From Octopus sinensis (Eukaryota), in assembly GCF_006345805.1 (NCBI RefSeq), contig NC_043019.1, forward strand, positions 9,671,360 to 9,735,359: a stretch of DNA of 64,000 bases, in the 5' to 3' direction. This document shows positions 11,811 to 26,149 of this stretch, in pieces. Made by a program: the position numbers and the translations under genes. The notes below the pieces were generated by a model. It worked only from the letters and a program-made list of their open reading frames with translations, was not told the DNA's origin and did not search any database. Numbering within the stretch: the first letter of the stretch is position 1; the number at the start of each line of letters is the position of its first letter.

Positions 11811-14329
11811 AATAAGTAGACAGCTGACACTTTACTACATTCTCCAGTGAAGTTGCTCTGTGAAAATAAGATAATAATTCATTAGGTAACACTAAGAGCA
11901 ATTACTTTCAATTTGTTCAAGAATGCAAAATATTGTTAAAACCAAGGGGCTTACAGAAAGGTGGGGGATGGGTAAGAGATGTTATACAATAGATCTGTGA
12001 ATAAGCTTAAAAAAATTTTTTTTTTAATTATTACATAGAATAATTGAAAGATTACAGAAAATACACAATTAAAATTAAAAGATAAAACATGAAAAACATT
12101 CCATTTCACTGCCAGCCAATTACTGTTCATAATGAGACTTGGTGCACCCAAAAGTACTTCTTCATAACTTTTGCTTGTACATGACAAAAAAAAAAACAAG
12201 AAAGAAATCCATCTTCCAGATATTCTTGATTTAGCTCCTGGTTTATTTTTGCCAAAATTCTATCATTGTTGTGTCTCTTATATTCCCACCCTAGATTGAT
12301 TTTGGCAATTTATACATTGGAATTATATCCATGGCATTACATATGCATAATTTATTCATGGGGTACTGACCAGTTTTCAAACAAAAGTAAATTTGATGCC
12401 ATTTTTGTCGTTAATATTATTCTCTTCTTGCATTTTATATGCCTTTATCGCAAGCCTACCTTTCTTTCTCTGCTGAGCTTCCACCTTTTTTTCCCAGAAA
12501 TCACTACTCTTTCTACATTCTATCATGTCCCCATTGTCACAAAATAAGGAAATGGTACAAGTGTTTTGAAAGAGGAGAGCTCTGGCTCATCAGGTTCTGG
12601 GTTTGAGGCTTTTCCACTCTTAACAGAGCTGGAACTGATGTTGTATATGTATTGCCATTTTCAACTAAAATGGCAATATACATACACACATATACTACAC
12701 AAATAAACATTGCAGTGGCAATATACACACACACAAATGAAATCACACAACAGAATGTACAAAAAGGAGACACTTAACACTTTAGAGAACAATAAATAGA
12801 TAAAAGTATCATAAACACTGAAATTGATAGTTTAGAAAATAGCAATAGTAGTAAAAATAATGACAACAATGACACCTCTTACATATAGTCAAATTTGTTT
12901 ATCTATATAAACCTTCCCTTGACACAAAATGAACAAACAGAATTTTTAACCTTGTCACTGTTACAAGAAAAAAATGTAGTTGAGAGAATTTTGTAAAACT
13001 GAACAGCATCTCTTTGTTACAAGAAATAATCTAGGAAAGTGCAAAGATAAAAATTATGTATCTCTGCTTCTGAGAGAATGGAAGTGAACTAAATTAGTCC
13101 TTGCATTTGTGCCCAAGAATGTGGGTCAAAGAATTGCAAGAGTAATAATAAGGCACCCTGGAAATGATCTGTGACTAATTGTCATTTTGTATCCCAGTAT
13201 GGGTGAGTAGGCAAAGCTGGGGAGAATGAAATGTGAGCTGTGATCAGGAGACTTCAAAATGGATTTACCAAAAGTCACAGAGCCACACTGGAACTGTACC
13301 CTGTAGAAAGCACTGAGACAAATGGTATAAGATTAATGATACAAGAATAGAAACCTAGTTGCTAAATGTGTCATTGTAAAAATCCCCCCACAGCTAAATT
13401 CCCAGAACTAGTAAAAGAAAAGAAAAACGAAAACAATGAAAACCATCTGAAACAGTTAAAAGAACAACAAACCGTATTTTCCAGATCATCACAATCCAAA
13501 TCTTTGAGGATGGCAAGAGAAATCCCTTTATACTCCAAATTAAAAGTAGATGGACAAAAAGCTCATCCCACACCATTCATCACGTAAGGAATAAGAAATA
13601 ATAGTTGCAGATGAAACCCTACAGACACAAAAAGAAAGAGGAAAAAATTCAAAAATTAAGATTCAACTTAAAATAAAATGAAGAGGAACAATTTCCTCAA
13701 AGGAACAATGATACTCCACTTCAAGAAAATTATGAAGAAAATGAAGAGGGCAAAGAAATAATTTTGCTCTTCAACCAACAAATAAAATTACATAGATTTT
13801 TTGTAAAAATAAAACCAAATCAATCTGAGAAACTGAAAAAACAAACCCTAAAGACATAGGAGTTTTCCAACACTAAATATCTTTAAAATGATTTGATTCT
13901 GTGCAGGGCATCGATGTAAAGAGAGGGGCAGAGTTATCAACTGATCACCACCTAGTTGTCTGCAACCTGAAATTATCTGCAGAAGGTAGAACTCATAAAA
14001 CTGGTAAGTCCAGTGCAACTTTCAGCTTAATAGTGTTGATGATGGTTTGAGAAATGAATATGCAGGGCACTATTGCATTCAAATTCAGAGACTTTCCTGA
14101 ACAAAGGGATGTTGAAATGGAGTGGAGATTATATTGTTTGGTAGTTTCTTTTTCAACTGCAAAATGCTGTGGGCAAAAGCAGTTCAGTGTAGCACCTGAT
14201 GGTAAAAGAATCCCTGGTTTAAATGGGAAGTTAAAAATATCATCCAAGTGAAGAAGTAGACTTATAAGGCATAGCTTGGAAATAAGTCTCCCCTTTTTTG
14301 CAGGTGACACACTGAGGTGCAAAAAGTTG

Positions 14330-15135
14330 CGGCAGAGACAATAAAAACATCCAAATTATGGGAGGAGTTAGGGGTTATGCTTGATTCTGAATTTAGGTTA
14401 GTCAAGAAAGTATTCAGGCAGACCATTTGTTGACTTCATAACAAGAAGCCCTATTCCACACCTCTCATTAAAAACTCAGTTGGGGTTCTTCTCTCTAAAG
14501 AGAAGAGCATCTTTGGGAAGTGGAGAGAATATATTGATCTCCTAAATTTGGTTATGATAAAACTTTCTAGTAGATGTGAGGTACATCTAGGGGCAAATAC
14601 TACTTTTACAAAGGCTGAAGATATAAAGGCAATTAAAGTGCTCAAATGTGGCAAGAATGCTGGTGAGGATGAAACTCAGCCTGAGATGCTGAAAGCCTTA
14701 AATAGGGAAGGTGTTTTCTGGCTCATATATACCTTGTGGCTTGGATCTCAGGAAATACACTAAAGCATTGGCAATCTTGGGTGATAATTCCAATATCTAA
14801 AAAGAAAATCAAGAGAGAGTGCTCTAACTGTAGAAGACTCTCTTTGATGAGCCACCTGAGTAAAGCAACTCTAGGTGTCTGAGAAAGTGATGCAGGAAAA
14901 TTGTCAAGTCAAAGCTTGCTGTAGAACAGTTTGGCTTCAATCCTGGATACAGCACCAACAAACTGATATTCACTTCAAGAACTTATATAGGAAATTGCCA
15001 AGAGATGTGCACTTGTTTTGTAGACCTTGAAAAGACATATGACTGCAAGCTGTGCGACATGCTGTGGAGGGTGTTGCTGAAGTTTGGGATTGTTGGGCAA
15101 CTTCTGGTTACTGTTAAGTCCTATTATGATAGCAG
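14330..15135 (+). pseudogene. RTE-clade LINE reverse transcriptase relic
   Basis: IKAIKVLKCGKNAGEDETQPEMLKALNREGVFWL and CFVDLEKTYDCKLCDMLWRVLLKFGIVGQLLVTVKSYY correspond to RT domains 0-3, with frameshifts and stops. Confidence 0.9.
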
Positions 15136-15597
15136 GGACCAGTTTCAACAACAAATGGAAATTACCCTCCAAAACCAGACCCTATATTAATGGGTCTAAA
15201 AAAATGTTCAGTATATTCTCTTGAAAATCTATATCTGTTAAAGAACTTGAGAACCCCCAACGAATATGTAAATTCCAGGAATAACATTTTTTCTGTATGT
15301 CCACATTTCAAGAAATACATCTTGTTGGAATTTTAAAATAGACCACGAGACACTTAGTTAACCACTAACATCTTGTTTGCATCTACTTGACATCGAATTA
15401 TTGTAATGTTGATTATCTCCCTCGTATGTCTTTTCTGGTTTTCTTCCTTATCAGTATCTCTTATTTAAACATCATCTGCTCAAAAAATAACTGACAAATG
15501 GTCTTATACCCAGCTTGAAAAATGGCGAAATAAATTATTATTTTGACCCGGGTAGCCGTATTTAACATGATTTGTGATTTTTATTATAACATTTTTG

Positions 15598-15644
<47 letters not shown>

Positions 15645-17029
15645 GTATGCATTTGCACATTATATACTGTATGCATTAGCACAGTGGCACACACATAAAC
15701 ACAGATATTTATTTTGAAAGTATCTACATTTCTGAGTTGGGAGTAGGGAATTATCATCCTTGTCACTTTCTATTTTCACCTGTTTTCAAGAAAAATAATT
15801 TTCTTTACCATGTCTGGTACCTTCTCACTTTTCGTTAGGTCTAACACTTGTAAGATCTTCGACAATTTTATAGACTGGCCTTTTCCACAAGAAAATTATT
15901 CAATAGGTAAATATACTTGAGATAAGAAACAACTGTTTCACACAAACCCATCCAAATTGTTGAGTCTGTATGTTTATTCATGCAAGAACTTTATAGAACA
16001 CCTACTGAATGATTTATGAAACACCTCAGCCATCATCTATGAGGTAAAATTTAAATCTATGAACGCAAACCTAACATGATATATTAGAGTAATCAAAGCA
16101 TCCTTCAAGCAGAGATTTTACAATCACATCACAAAATGGTATACAACAAATCTTGCAAGCTACATCTGTCAGGTAAAAGAAAATAATAATAGGAGCATTT
16201 GAGGTTAGCAGAAAAATCATGGAAAAATTCAGAGCATTCATAAATGTCAAGAGATGAAAGCCCTGCATAGCAAAAAAAAAAACAAAAAACAAAACAGAAA
16301 AGTAAAAGAGATTGTGATATGATGAAACTTGCAGTATTTAATGCCAAAACATGTATACAGCCCCTGCTGCATACATGAGAGAAAATTCGGTTCGATGATC
16401 TGGACTCCCATCTCATAGACCTTAAAATGCTCCTTATGCAATCAACTCTTTTGCCCCACATAGATTGTTTACTGATAATTGCAATTTTAGCATTCCATTC
16501 ATTTTTTTCTTTATCCAGGTTATATTCTTCCAGATATTCTAATCTGAAATATCGACGATGTTTTATTTCTCATCAAAATTTTCTCCCTCTGCTTCTCATC
16601 CCTGTCTTGTCTCCTCTGTCGCCATGTGTGTGTGTGTGTGTTAGAGTGCGTGTATGTGTGTATGCAGCCAGATTCCGCAAGCATGCAGAACATGTCAAGG
16701 GAGATAACTCCCCCCAAAAAATGCAGTGCATGTAAACAGGTGACAAGGGAGGTAACTTCCAAAAAAGGCAGACTGACAAAGATATTCCATCCCCAGCCAA
16801 AAAAGCACAAGAATATAGTTCCTTTCAGATCAAAAATATATGCAACTTCTGGTCATGGACAGGGCTAACAGCGCAATATGAGTCAATTGTTTTTTGTATT
16901 CAAAACTAGTCGCTGATGCTCTTACCTCCAGGAATTTCGATATATTTTTGAACCAATAATGATATTATTTCTTTATCCCAGTGTATAAGGGTGCTCTTTG
17001 GTTCAGACTTAACAACCCAGGACCACTAT

Positions 17030-17164
17030 GCATACATGTATACATATGTATATACACACACATATACATATATAATGATATGCTTGTTATATGTGTGTGT
17101 ATGTATGTATGCATATTTATGTATACATGTGCTATTTGTATATGTATGTATATACATTTATATT

Positions 17165-17210
<46 letters not shown>

Positions 17211-17420
17211 CATACATATATACATAAATTTAAATGTATATATATCTGTATACTTACATATGTGTGTGTGTATTTATGTATATACATGTATGTATATTTG
17301 TGCCTATATATATGTATTTATGCATACATATATATATATTTGTGCATATGTATATATGCATATGTGTATAACAATATATGTATATTTATGTGTGTATATA
17401 TGTGTGCATATATATATATT

Positions 17421-17459
<39 letters not shown>

Positions 17460-17530
17460 GTTTATATGTGTGCATGTAATGATATATGTATGTATGTATG
17501 TACTCTTATACAGAGATATGCATATATACA
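17030..17530. repeat. Compound TA/TG/TATG microsatellite field
   Basis: Alternating R-Y tract; source of pseudo-ORFs 16981..17808 and others. Confidence 0.9.
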
Positions 17531-20299
17531 TCTCCATTTTTCTTCTTCTTCTAGTTCTGATGATGTGTTCTTCTAAATGTTTTTGTTCTTTTTTTTCTTC
17601 TTCCTCTTCTAGACTGAAGAAAACCTTACCAGTACAGAAACCTCACCTACTGTATGTTTTATCTTATTTTTGGAACGACACTACTACCACTATCACCTCT
17701 ACCACCTCTACTAATATTAGCACTATCACCCTGACATTATTACTGCTACTGTTACCACAATTACTAACACTACAACTGCTACCACTCCTACTACTGCCAT
17801 CACTATGACCACCATTTTACCACCACTTTAAACACTACTACGATTATCAGCACCATCTTACTCCACTAACATCTGAACCATCACCATAACTTACAATAAC
17901 CATTATTAGTACCTCCACTATTAATAACGTTACAAGTGCTATCATCTCTGCCATCACAAGCACAACTGCTATCTTCTCAACTAATTTTGCTCTATGGCTA
18001 TCACTATCAAAATTTCTATTTCGATCAGAATTGTTTCCACCACTACTGCTATGTTAGTGTCATCCTTACTTCCTTCTTCTGTTTCAAATATTTACCCTAC
18101 TTCTCTTGATATTAACCATCCATTTTGTCTAATAAATTGAAAATTATTACTTACCACACTCAGCTCCTCAGGTGCAGACAATGAGGAAACTATTTAAAGA
18201 TCACTTAATCTGTTAGAAAAGCAACCAAATCTTCCTCAATTCAACATCATCTCCGACTTAAATGAAGGACAGATTCATTATGGTTTTAGATACAAAATGG
18301 TGTTAGAAAACTTTTTGATCATCAGTCTGCATGATCAGAGTTGACATGCCTCTAAACAATAGCATCTAAAATTCAATCAGCTCTGCCTTGATGTCATTAT
18401 CTGGTTCAAAGGCAACCATATGGTCTCCTCGTCTTACTTCCCTACTTCTTAGCTAGGAAGGGAAGTAAGGAGATAGTCAAGTAAATAAGATATCAAAATA
18501 ATTGCTTTGTTGAAATAGACTTCTGCATTTCTAGACAGAATACATTACTTTACAGTACTTCAGTTCACCTAGGTACCACCAGGTAATCTGAAATGTTAAG
18601 AGCAATAAACTGGCATCCTATCCAGGAAGAGTTTTGGTTCTCATCTACTAAACATTTCATTTTTTTTTTTTGTTTCTTTAATCAGAAGTGGAGTTGTAGT
18701 GTTCATAGCTTTGCATTATCCTCCACCAAGGTCAGAAATCAACTGATGTCAGTTCAGGTTGAAATAATTTCAATCAGTTGTGGCTGGGATGGAGCCCTTC
18801 CAGTGGAGTAGTTCTAGGAAGGGGTGAGTGTTTAGGGCAGAGTTTAGTGAAATGAGACAGAATGTGTTTGTATGACAAGAAGGCAAGAGACAAGAGTGTT
18901 TGATGATGCAGAGAAGAGAGAAGAGGGAGGAACAGAGGACAATGTAGTAAGTGGTTGAAACCACAATTTAAGGTGTATCACCATTTAGGACCCTTTAATG
19001 GTGCAGAAAGTAATCCCATTACTTGTAGCCAACTTCGTTCACATTTCTTCTTCATAATTACCTGGTCTACTGGAAATCGCTGAAAGGTTCCATCCCATCA
19101 CACATACCATGCTCGTATAAGAAGGGCAGTGGATAATGCTGTCGTATATACACAAGAAAAAGACATTTTCATGACTGCAAAGTTATAAGTGTGCTGTATG
19201 TTTGACCTAGGGCTAAAGAAGAACTATTTCCATCACTGCATATTTTACACACAACCCCATAAAACACTCTCTACCTCACCTCAAAACTAACTCTCAGACT
19301 TATCCAACCAGCTTCACAAAACACAACCAATGCCACTTTAATATCACACATTTATTTTTATTTTTGTTATTTTGTTTTTTGTTTTGTTTTTCCCTTGTTT
19401 ATATTATTTCATGCAGGTTTTTAGTTTGTTTTTCTCTTGTTTTAATTCTTGTAAATACGTGTGCACACCAATGTGTGTGTGTGTGTGTGTGTGTGTGCAT
19501 ACACACGTATGTATACGAATGAATGGACAAACAAAAGAAAGTGGCACTCAGAACATTTGGTAAGAGTTGCATACATGTTTTATTAACAGTTTGACTCGAA
19601 TCCATATGACTTAAAGATTCGAGAGGCACATAAAATTAATGCATTTCATTGGAAATTAGAAGAAAGTAATGGGTTTGAGACAAATTCAAGATAGCTACTA
19701 AATGTTGGACCTCTATCAGTTAGCTCAGATCAAGTAGTTTTGATGATATGAAAGTGATGTCACATCCTTCCTTTATTCTTAAGTCCATATGCTCTGACAG
19801 GATGTTACCAGGAAGATGTTACCATATTGGTAGCAAGCTGCATGGTAAAGTATTCAGTGACATCAGATCATTGCATTTAGCACCACACGTGGTAGGGTTG
19901 GGTGTTGTTATGATTTAGTATCTCAGTGACCATTCAATGGATTGTGAGCACATCAGTGTTAGCCACCTTTACACTAGAGTAATCAAGTTTGATAATATTA
20001 GATTAAAATTGAGACTGAATGACCAACATGAGTAAGGCTGCAATAAACACAGATGGCAGGGATTACATACCCCATCCTTCTGTGTGGGGCAGTGAGGCCT
20101 AGGGTGGTACATCTGGATTGTTGACTGCCAGTGACTTGGAGTGGTTTCAAGTTCATTAATAGGGCACATTGCAGGTTAGTGGTGCATGTGTAGTCTCTGG
20201 TGAAGGCAGAGTTGGTAACTCCAAGGTGATTAGTGGGGTCAGTGATACTCCATTTGATGTTGGGGAAATTGTTCCATCAATTAGAAATCTCCAGATGAA

Positions 20300-21300
20300 G
20301 CAGGACAGAGTGGTGGAATTTTCCCTATCCTACACCTGAAGAGTACATATGATGTGTATACTTTAAGATCATTAGCTGTCATGCCTGTGTAGTGTCTTGT
20401 AATGTCATTGGATAGTGTGTGGATGACACTTTTGGCTACAGCCTCTGAGAGGCAGGATCATCTCAGTGGTGAGTTGGAAAGATTTCAAAAGTTACAAGCT
20501 GGAGTGTAGGCACGTAGCTGTGCATTTATATTTATTCTAGTGTGTGATATTTGAAGTGATGTCATCTAAGCAGCAATAACTGTCCTTTACATTGTGGGTA
20601 TTGAATAGAGATGGGTTCTTGGGAAATATCTTTTAATCAACACTAGGAAGTTCCTAGTTATGTTAGTTGTCATTTCTAGATTAAATGGAGAGTTGAACCA
20701 GACTTCACTTTCCGAGACTCTTCAGAAATAGGGGTGGGGATAGGTAACCTCTCTCTCTCCATATATATATATATATATTAACTTCTCAGTGAATTCACTC
20801 TTCATTATAAAGGTAGTGTGGCCTGTTGAAGATCTTTTTATATCCTGATGGTTAAGAGATTTTTTTTATTTATGTCTGTGACTAGATTCCTAATTACAGC
20901 TGGATGATGGGTGAAATTTCAATAAATGTAAACAGTTTCCTTGTTGGGTTTCCTGTAAGGGTAGTATTTGTCTTCAAGTTTAGGGTTACATCCAGGAAGT
21001 TGACTTCATCATATTGGTGGGAAATGTTATAGATAGGTTGAATTCTTTGAAAATCTTTATCAAATTCTTAAACTTGTCCATTTCTTTTACTTGAAATGGC
21101 CTGATCATCATTTATAGAAAGAGCACAGTTTTATGGGGAGGTGCACTTCCTTAGTATATCCAGGATAAACAATCCAACAAGGTTAGTAATCTCATCCTCA
21201 TTGTAGCTTCCCATAGATATTTTGAATTATAGGTTTGCCTTCCCTCTTTACCCTGTAGGAATCATCATGGAAGAAGCCATCTTAAATTTGTCTCCAATCC
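20300..21300 (-). pseudogene. Penelope-like element RT + GIY-YIG endonuclease relic
   Basis: SMGSYNEDEITNLVGLFIL..SINDD (RT MGS/GLYRDD region); EVNFLDVTLNL..YYPYRKPN; VWFNSPFNLEMTTNITRNFL..FNTHNVKDSYCC; then ACN..CLSEAVAK..HYTGMT (Cys linker + GIY-YIG). The motifs are collinear with multiple stops and frameshifts. Confidence 0.88.
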
Positions 21301-21399
21301 ATTACTCTTCTTTCAATTTCTGATGACATGGGCGCATCCCAGACACCTACAAAAAATTTAAGTCATATCAATCTCAGTCAAACAGTTAATATATAAAAT

Positions 21400-21860
21400 C
21401 AGTGTGTCCCAAAAGTCACTGATGAGTTTAAATTTTTAATAATTTCCTTAACTTTACAAATAAATGCATGAAGTTTTGATACAATATAAAGAACATAATG
21501 GAAATTAATATGCATAAGTCAAATTTTGCAACAACACCACATCACATGTAAAATGACCTTGCTTAAATGGCAGCCATTTTCAGCTTCACACACCCGTGCT
21601 CTTTCCAAAACTTGCACAATAACACCTTCAAGAGTTTCAGACCCCACTTCTCTCCTTTCTCTATTGATGTTCTCCTTCAGTTGCACCAGGGTCTCTGGTT
21701 TGTGGATGTAAACCCTCTATTTCAGGTATTCCCACAAGAAAAATTTTGGCTGGTCAAGTCTGGAAAACATGAAGATCAGCTGACATTGCCGTAGTGAAAA
21801 CTGCATTGTTTCTCTTGCGGTAAAAGCTGTTGCCCCATCATGTTGGAACCATATGTGAGG
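21400..21860 (-). mobile_element. maT/DD37D-type Tc1-mariner transposase 3' relic with terminal repeat
   Basis: IWFQHDGATAFTARETMQ ... PDLT..FLWEYLK*RVYIHKPETLVQLKENI ... RARVCEAENGCHL. The end resembles a CAGTGTGTCCCAAAAGTC TIR at about 21400. Confidence 0.85.
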
Positions 21861-21905
21861 TCTACTTTGAATGGCCTTGTAAGGTCTACTTTGAATGACC
21901 TTGTA
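21858..21905. repeat. 24-bp tandem duplication
   Basis: aggtctactttgaatggccttgta / aggtctactttgaatgaccttgta (1 mismatch), at the truncation point of the maT relic. Confidence 0.9.
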
Positions 21906-21968
21906 AAGTGTAAAGGTACATATATATATATATATGTAAATTCATATATATCGGTGTGAATAAATATA

Positions 21969-22183
21969 TCTCTTTACTCTTTTACTTGTTTCAGTCATTT
22001 GACTGTGGCTATGCTGGAGCACTGCCTTTAGTCAAGCAAATCGACCCCAGGACTTATTCTTGGTAACCCTAGTACTTATTCTATTGGTCTCTTTTGCCGA
22101 ACTGCTAAGTTACAGAGCCATAAACACACCAGCATTGGTTATCAAGCGATGTTGGGGTGGCAAACACAGACACACAAACAAAT

Positions 22184-22240
<57 letters not shown>

Positions 22241-22615
22241 AAGAATTAGAAAAAAAAACCTTTTATCAATTCAAAATGAACAATTAAATTACACCATCCA
22301 GAAAATTACATATATTAGAAATATTAAAATTAAAAATGTCAGTGATTGAATAAATTGCAAAAAAATAATAAAAACGTATATAAGTGGTATATATATATAT
22401 ATACGTTTTTATTATTTTTGTGCAATTTACTTAATCATTGACATACATATACAACGGGATTCTTTCAGTTTCCGTCTACCAAATCCACTCACAAGGCTTT
22501 GGTCGGCCCAAGGCTATAGTAGAAGACACTTGCCCAAGGTGCCATGCAATGGGACTGAAGCCAGAACCATGTGGTTCGTAAGTAAGCTACTTACCACACA
22601 GCCACTCCTATGCCT
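21969..22615 (-). mobile_element. tRNA-derived SINE split at its internal microsatellite by AT-rich/palindromic DNA
   Basis: 3' part 21969-22190 (ttttacttgtttcagtcatttgactg...) and head 22450-22615 (caaggctttggtcgg...ttaccacacagccactcc). An unsplit homolog lies at 29245-29520. Confidence 0.85.
22336..22444. repeat. Inverted repeat, 47-bp arms
   Basis: The arms are 43/47 complementary around a spacer of about 15 nt. Confidence 0.9.
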
Positions 22616-23268
22616 ACGCCTATATCTATAAACCATTTTCACACACATGCATACATTTTGAGTAATGTAAACTATTATAAAGTAGTTGGTAATAGGAAGG
22701 GGATTCTACAAAAGAAAAACAGGTATAAACAGAAGCAAAGTTTCTTATGGTCCTCTTAATCTTGTCAGTGGCAACCTCTCTAGTGCCCAATTGACTCTGT
22801 TATGATAGGTGACAAAGTACTGTAAGTGGTGGAGCGCTGTGAAATCCATCCTAGCCATACAAGTATAGAAAATCAGGCATAAAATATGATGTTGATGCAC
22901 TTCCACATGCATGCTTATTCACATGCAGTCTTTGTTTCATGGACCCATACAGGCATAAATCAAAACAAACAGTGTATACTCCAGCATGTGCATGTATTCC
23001 CTCTTCTCTGTACATATATTCATAGTCAAGTATTTCGCTCTCTCATATCCACACACACACACAAATGTAGTTTTTTTTATTCTCAGGTGAAAAATATTAT
23101 TGTTAATTTCTTCTGCACATATATATATATATATGAGTCCAAAAGTAGGCTTCTATGTCAGTATATAGGTGTGTAATTCATACATATCGTGTTTACATAA
23201 GTAAACAGACTTTATAACCATATATGTGTGTGTATAGGTCAATAAAAATATGTATAAATCACTGTCTG

Positions 23269-23270
<2 letters not shown>

Positions 23271-23338
<68 letters not shown>
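23271..23338. repeat. Pure (TG)34
   Basis: Uninterrupted TG tract followed by CACACACACA. Confidence 0.95.
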
Positions 23339-23339
<1 letters not shown>

Positions 23340-23632
23340 ACACACACATATCATTAACTGTTAGCCATTCCCTCTTTATACAGCAATTGTTCGTTTCAGC
23401 ATGACACAGCATTTCTGGAGATGTCATATATAATCAATTATCTCATTATCAAATATAAATGGTGAATAATTGACTTTATTTCACACTGAATAGCCTCATC
23501 ATGGTGAAACAAACAGTTGCAATATCCAGTCTGAATAAGCAGCTATTAATGAAGATATACATTTTAAAAAATAATAATAGTACTCAGTATATTAATGTTG
23601 AGTTCTCATTTGCTTTATATTTGTTTAATTCC

Positions 23633-23663
<31 letters not shown>

Positions 23664-24852
23664 CGTACATATTTGTGAGTGTATACTTATTGAAAACAAC
23701 ACTTTCAAACAGTGTTCTAGTCAATGCTGACAAAATCCATCATCTTCTCTAGCAGCATCCTCTAGTAACAGAGCAATCACCACTTTTTTCTGCAACTGCT
23801 GTTTCTTATGACCACAGTTATTATAAAAACATTCAGTTACCTAATATCTGATGCAAAACTGATTGGTAAGATTGACTGTAATGGCTCTGTAATAGCATAT
23901 TTTATGGTTAATAAATAAACATATAACCCCCAAAATTGCTGGCCTTGTGCCAAAATTTGAAACCACTATTATTAGTAGTAGTATTCATATACTATTAAGA
24001 ACATTTTGTTTCTGTATGTGTTTGTGTGCATGTGTATCTATGTATAGAAATATCTCTATCTATCTATATCTAAAGGTATATATATATATATGATCCAGGG
24101 AGTGAAGTGTAAGAAGAAAGTTAGCTTCAAGCAATCTATGGTAAATATTAAAAAAACAAATTTCAGGGACAACAGTGGTTTATTGAAATGGAAGGTTGAG
24201 GATTTTTTCATATCGAAGTACAATAAACTGGAAAAGGATCTTTTTATATTTCACTGTAGGTAACGAGGGTTGTCAGGTATGCAAATAAGAATACAGGATT
24301 TAAGGTATGGAGTAGATAAGACCTGGGCTACATAAATTTGATAGCGAGCAGAACCTCGGAAGTGGTAAATATCCAAGTGAAATATATACTGCAGGCTACT
24401 CTTCAAGCCAAGGATATCTTGATTAAATGAAAGTTTACATTGTTGCAAGGAGGTACATGCTTACACATGCAAGATTCAATTAGACTGCATATATATAAAT
24501 ATGTCTGTGTGTGGATAGATAGACTGACAGACAGACAAAGGTATATGTACTTATATGCATACAGTAAATTCTTGTCTATAGATATGCTTATGGCCCATCA
24601 TTATCTCATTTAATGACCCTCTTCTGTGCTGGCATGGGTTGGACAGTTTAACAGGAGCTGCACCAGGTTCAGTTGTTTGTTTTGGCATGGTTTCTATGGC
24701 TTGATGCTCTTCCCAATACCAACCCATTTACAGAGTATAATGGGTGCTTTTTATGCGACACCATTGCTGATATTTATATATATATATGTACGTGTATGTA
24801 TGTATATATATATGTATGTGTATATATATATGTATATATATATACATACATG

Positions 24853-24892
<40 letters not shown>

Positions 24893-26149
24893 CATACATA
24901 CATGTATATATATATGTGTGTGTGTTTGTATGTGTGTGTGTGTGTTTGTATGTGTGTGTGTGTTTGTATGTAATCACAAATGACAGAAATAGTTTGATGA
25001 AATTTTATTTAACAATAAGAAAATTCTAATTTCACGACAAATTGTTTCATAACTTAAAAACATGTAAATAATTCCTATTATTATATTTAAATCCCTCAGC
25101 AAAATCCTTCAAAATAATGCAGAATTTACGCTGCATCCACAAATGAAAGAAAGTCTTTGTTAAATAGAAGATTCTCGAGACGCATCTATAATACTTTTAT
25201 AATTTTTTGCATCAAATCTCTGTGTGTCATCATCCTTTAATGTGCATGCTCCATTCTGACATAGGTTTAACAGAATTTAACAGGATCCAACACATCCTAT
25301 GACTATTTTGTGCACTTATGTCTGCTTGGACATAGTTTCTATGGCTGGGCATACTTCCTAACACCAAGGATTTTACAGAGTATAGTGAATGATTTTATTT
25401 TGTGACATTGGCTCTAGTGAGGTCGCCATAAAGCTTGCAAGACTAAGTTTGCTTTCGATTGAGTGGGGCTACAGTAACATTGTAGGTAACTTTATGTTTG
25501 GAGATGAGAGGTTAAAGTGTAAAAGAAGGGACCAGAACAAAACAGGTTTGTTTCTGTAGAGGAGTTATGTGACCAGTAAGAAAGGGTGAGAGTGACCAAG
25601 GTGGAATTGGGAAGAGATAAAATGATTGTGATAATGTGTCCATGTGAGCCCTCAGGATATGAGAGGAGTAGATGTGAAAGAAGATATGAGAATATGAAGT
25701 GTGAGTGAGTGGTGGTTGCAAGAGTTTATGGGAGAATAAGAGATGGTTAGGAACATGGAATGGGTGAAGGGTAAATCTAATCAAGAAGAGTTAAGTGATG
25801 ATTGGTGGTAGAGAAAGATATATTATTTGCCAGCTCAGGAAAGTAATCACTTGAAAATATGAGTGGAGACGACTGTATTGAGAATGAAGGTTTGATATCA
25901 AATTAAATGATTTCAGGATTTGAGAAAGTTAGGTGGTATCAGAGAAAACCTGGTGAATCAGTCATTCTTGCTCACAGTAAAATTACAGCAGAGGTCTACT
26001 GAAGTTAGAGAAACAGTTGATGATGAGGATGTGTTGAGGAGGAAATTGGATGATGGGCCCAGTGCAGCAAAAGTATATACTGTGTTTCCAGAATTTTAGT
26101 TTTACTGATTTGAGCTGCTCCTTACAAGAACTGCATATAACCAGTCATT

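Noticed and set aside
12555-12600. Minus-strand CTGATGA-GCC...AAAA-CACTTGTA, hammerhead-like
   Set aside because: Stems I and II do not pair.
15200-15600. Repeat-like block with CTTGAAAAA...GGC and retained CpGs, possibly a PLE 3' end
   Set aside because: I could not establish either a protein motif or a complete ribozyme topology.
21316-21352. CTGATGA followed by a TGGG/CCCA stem, hammerhead-like
   Set aside because: The second box is GACA, and no credible stem I or III is present.
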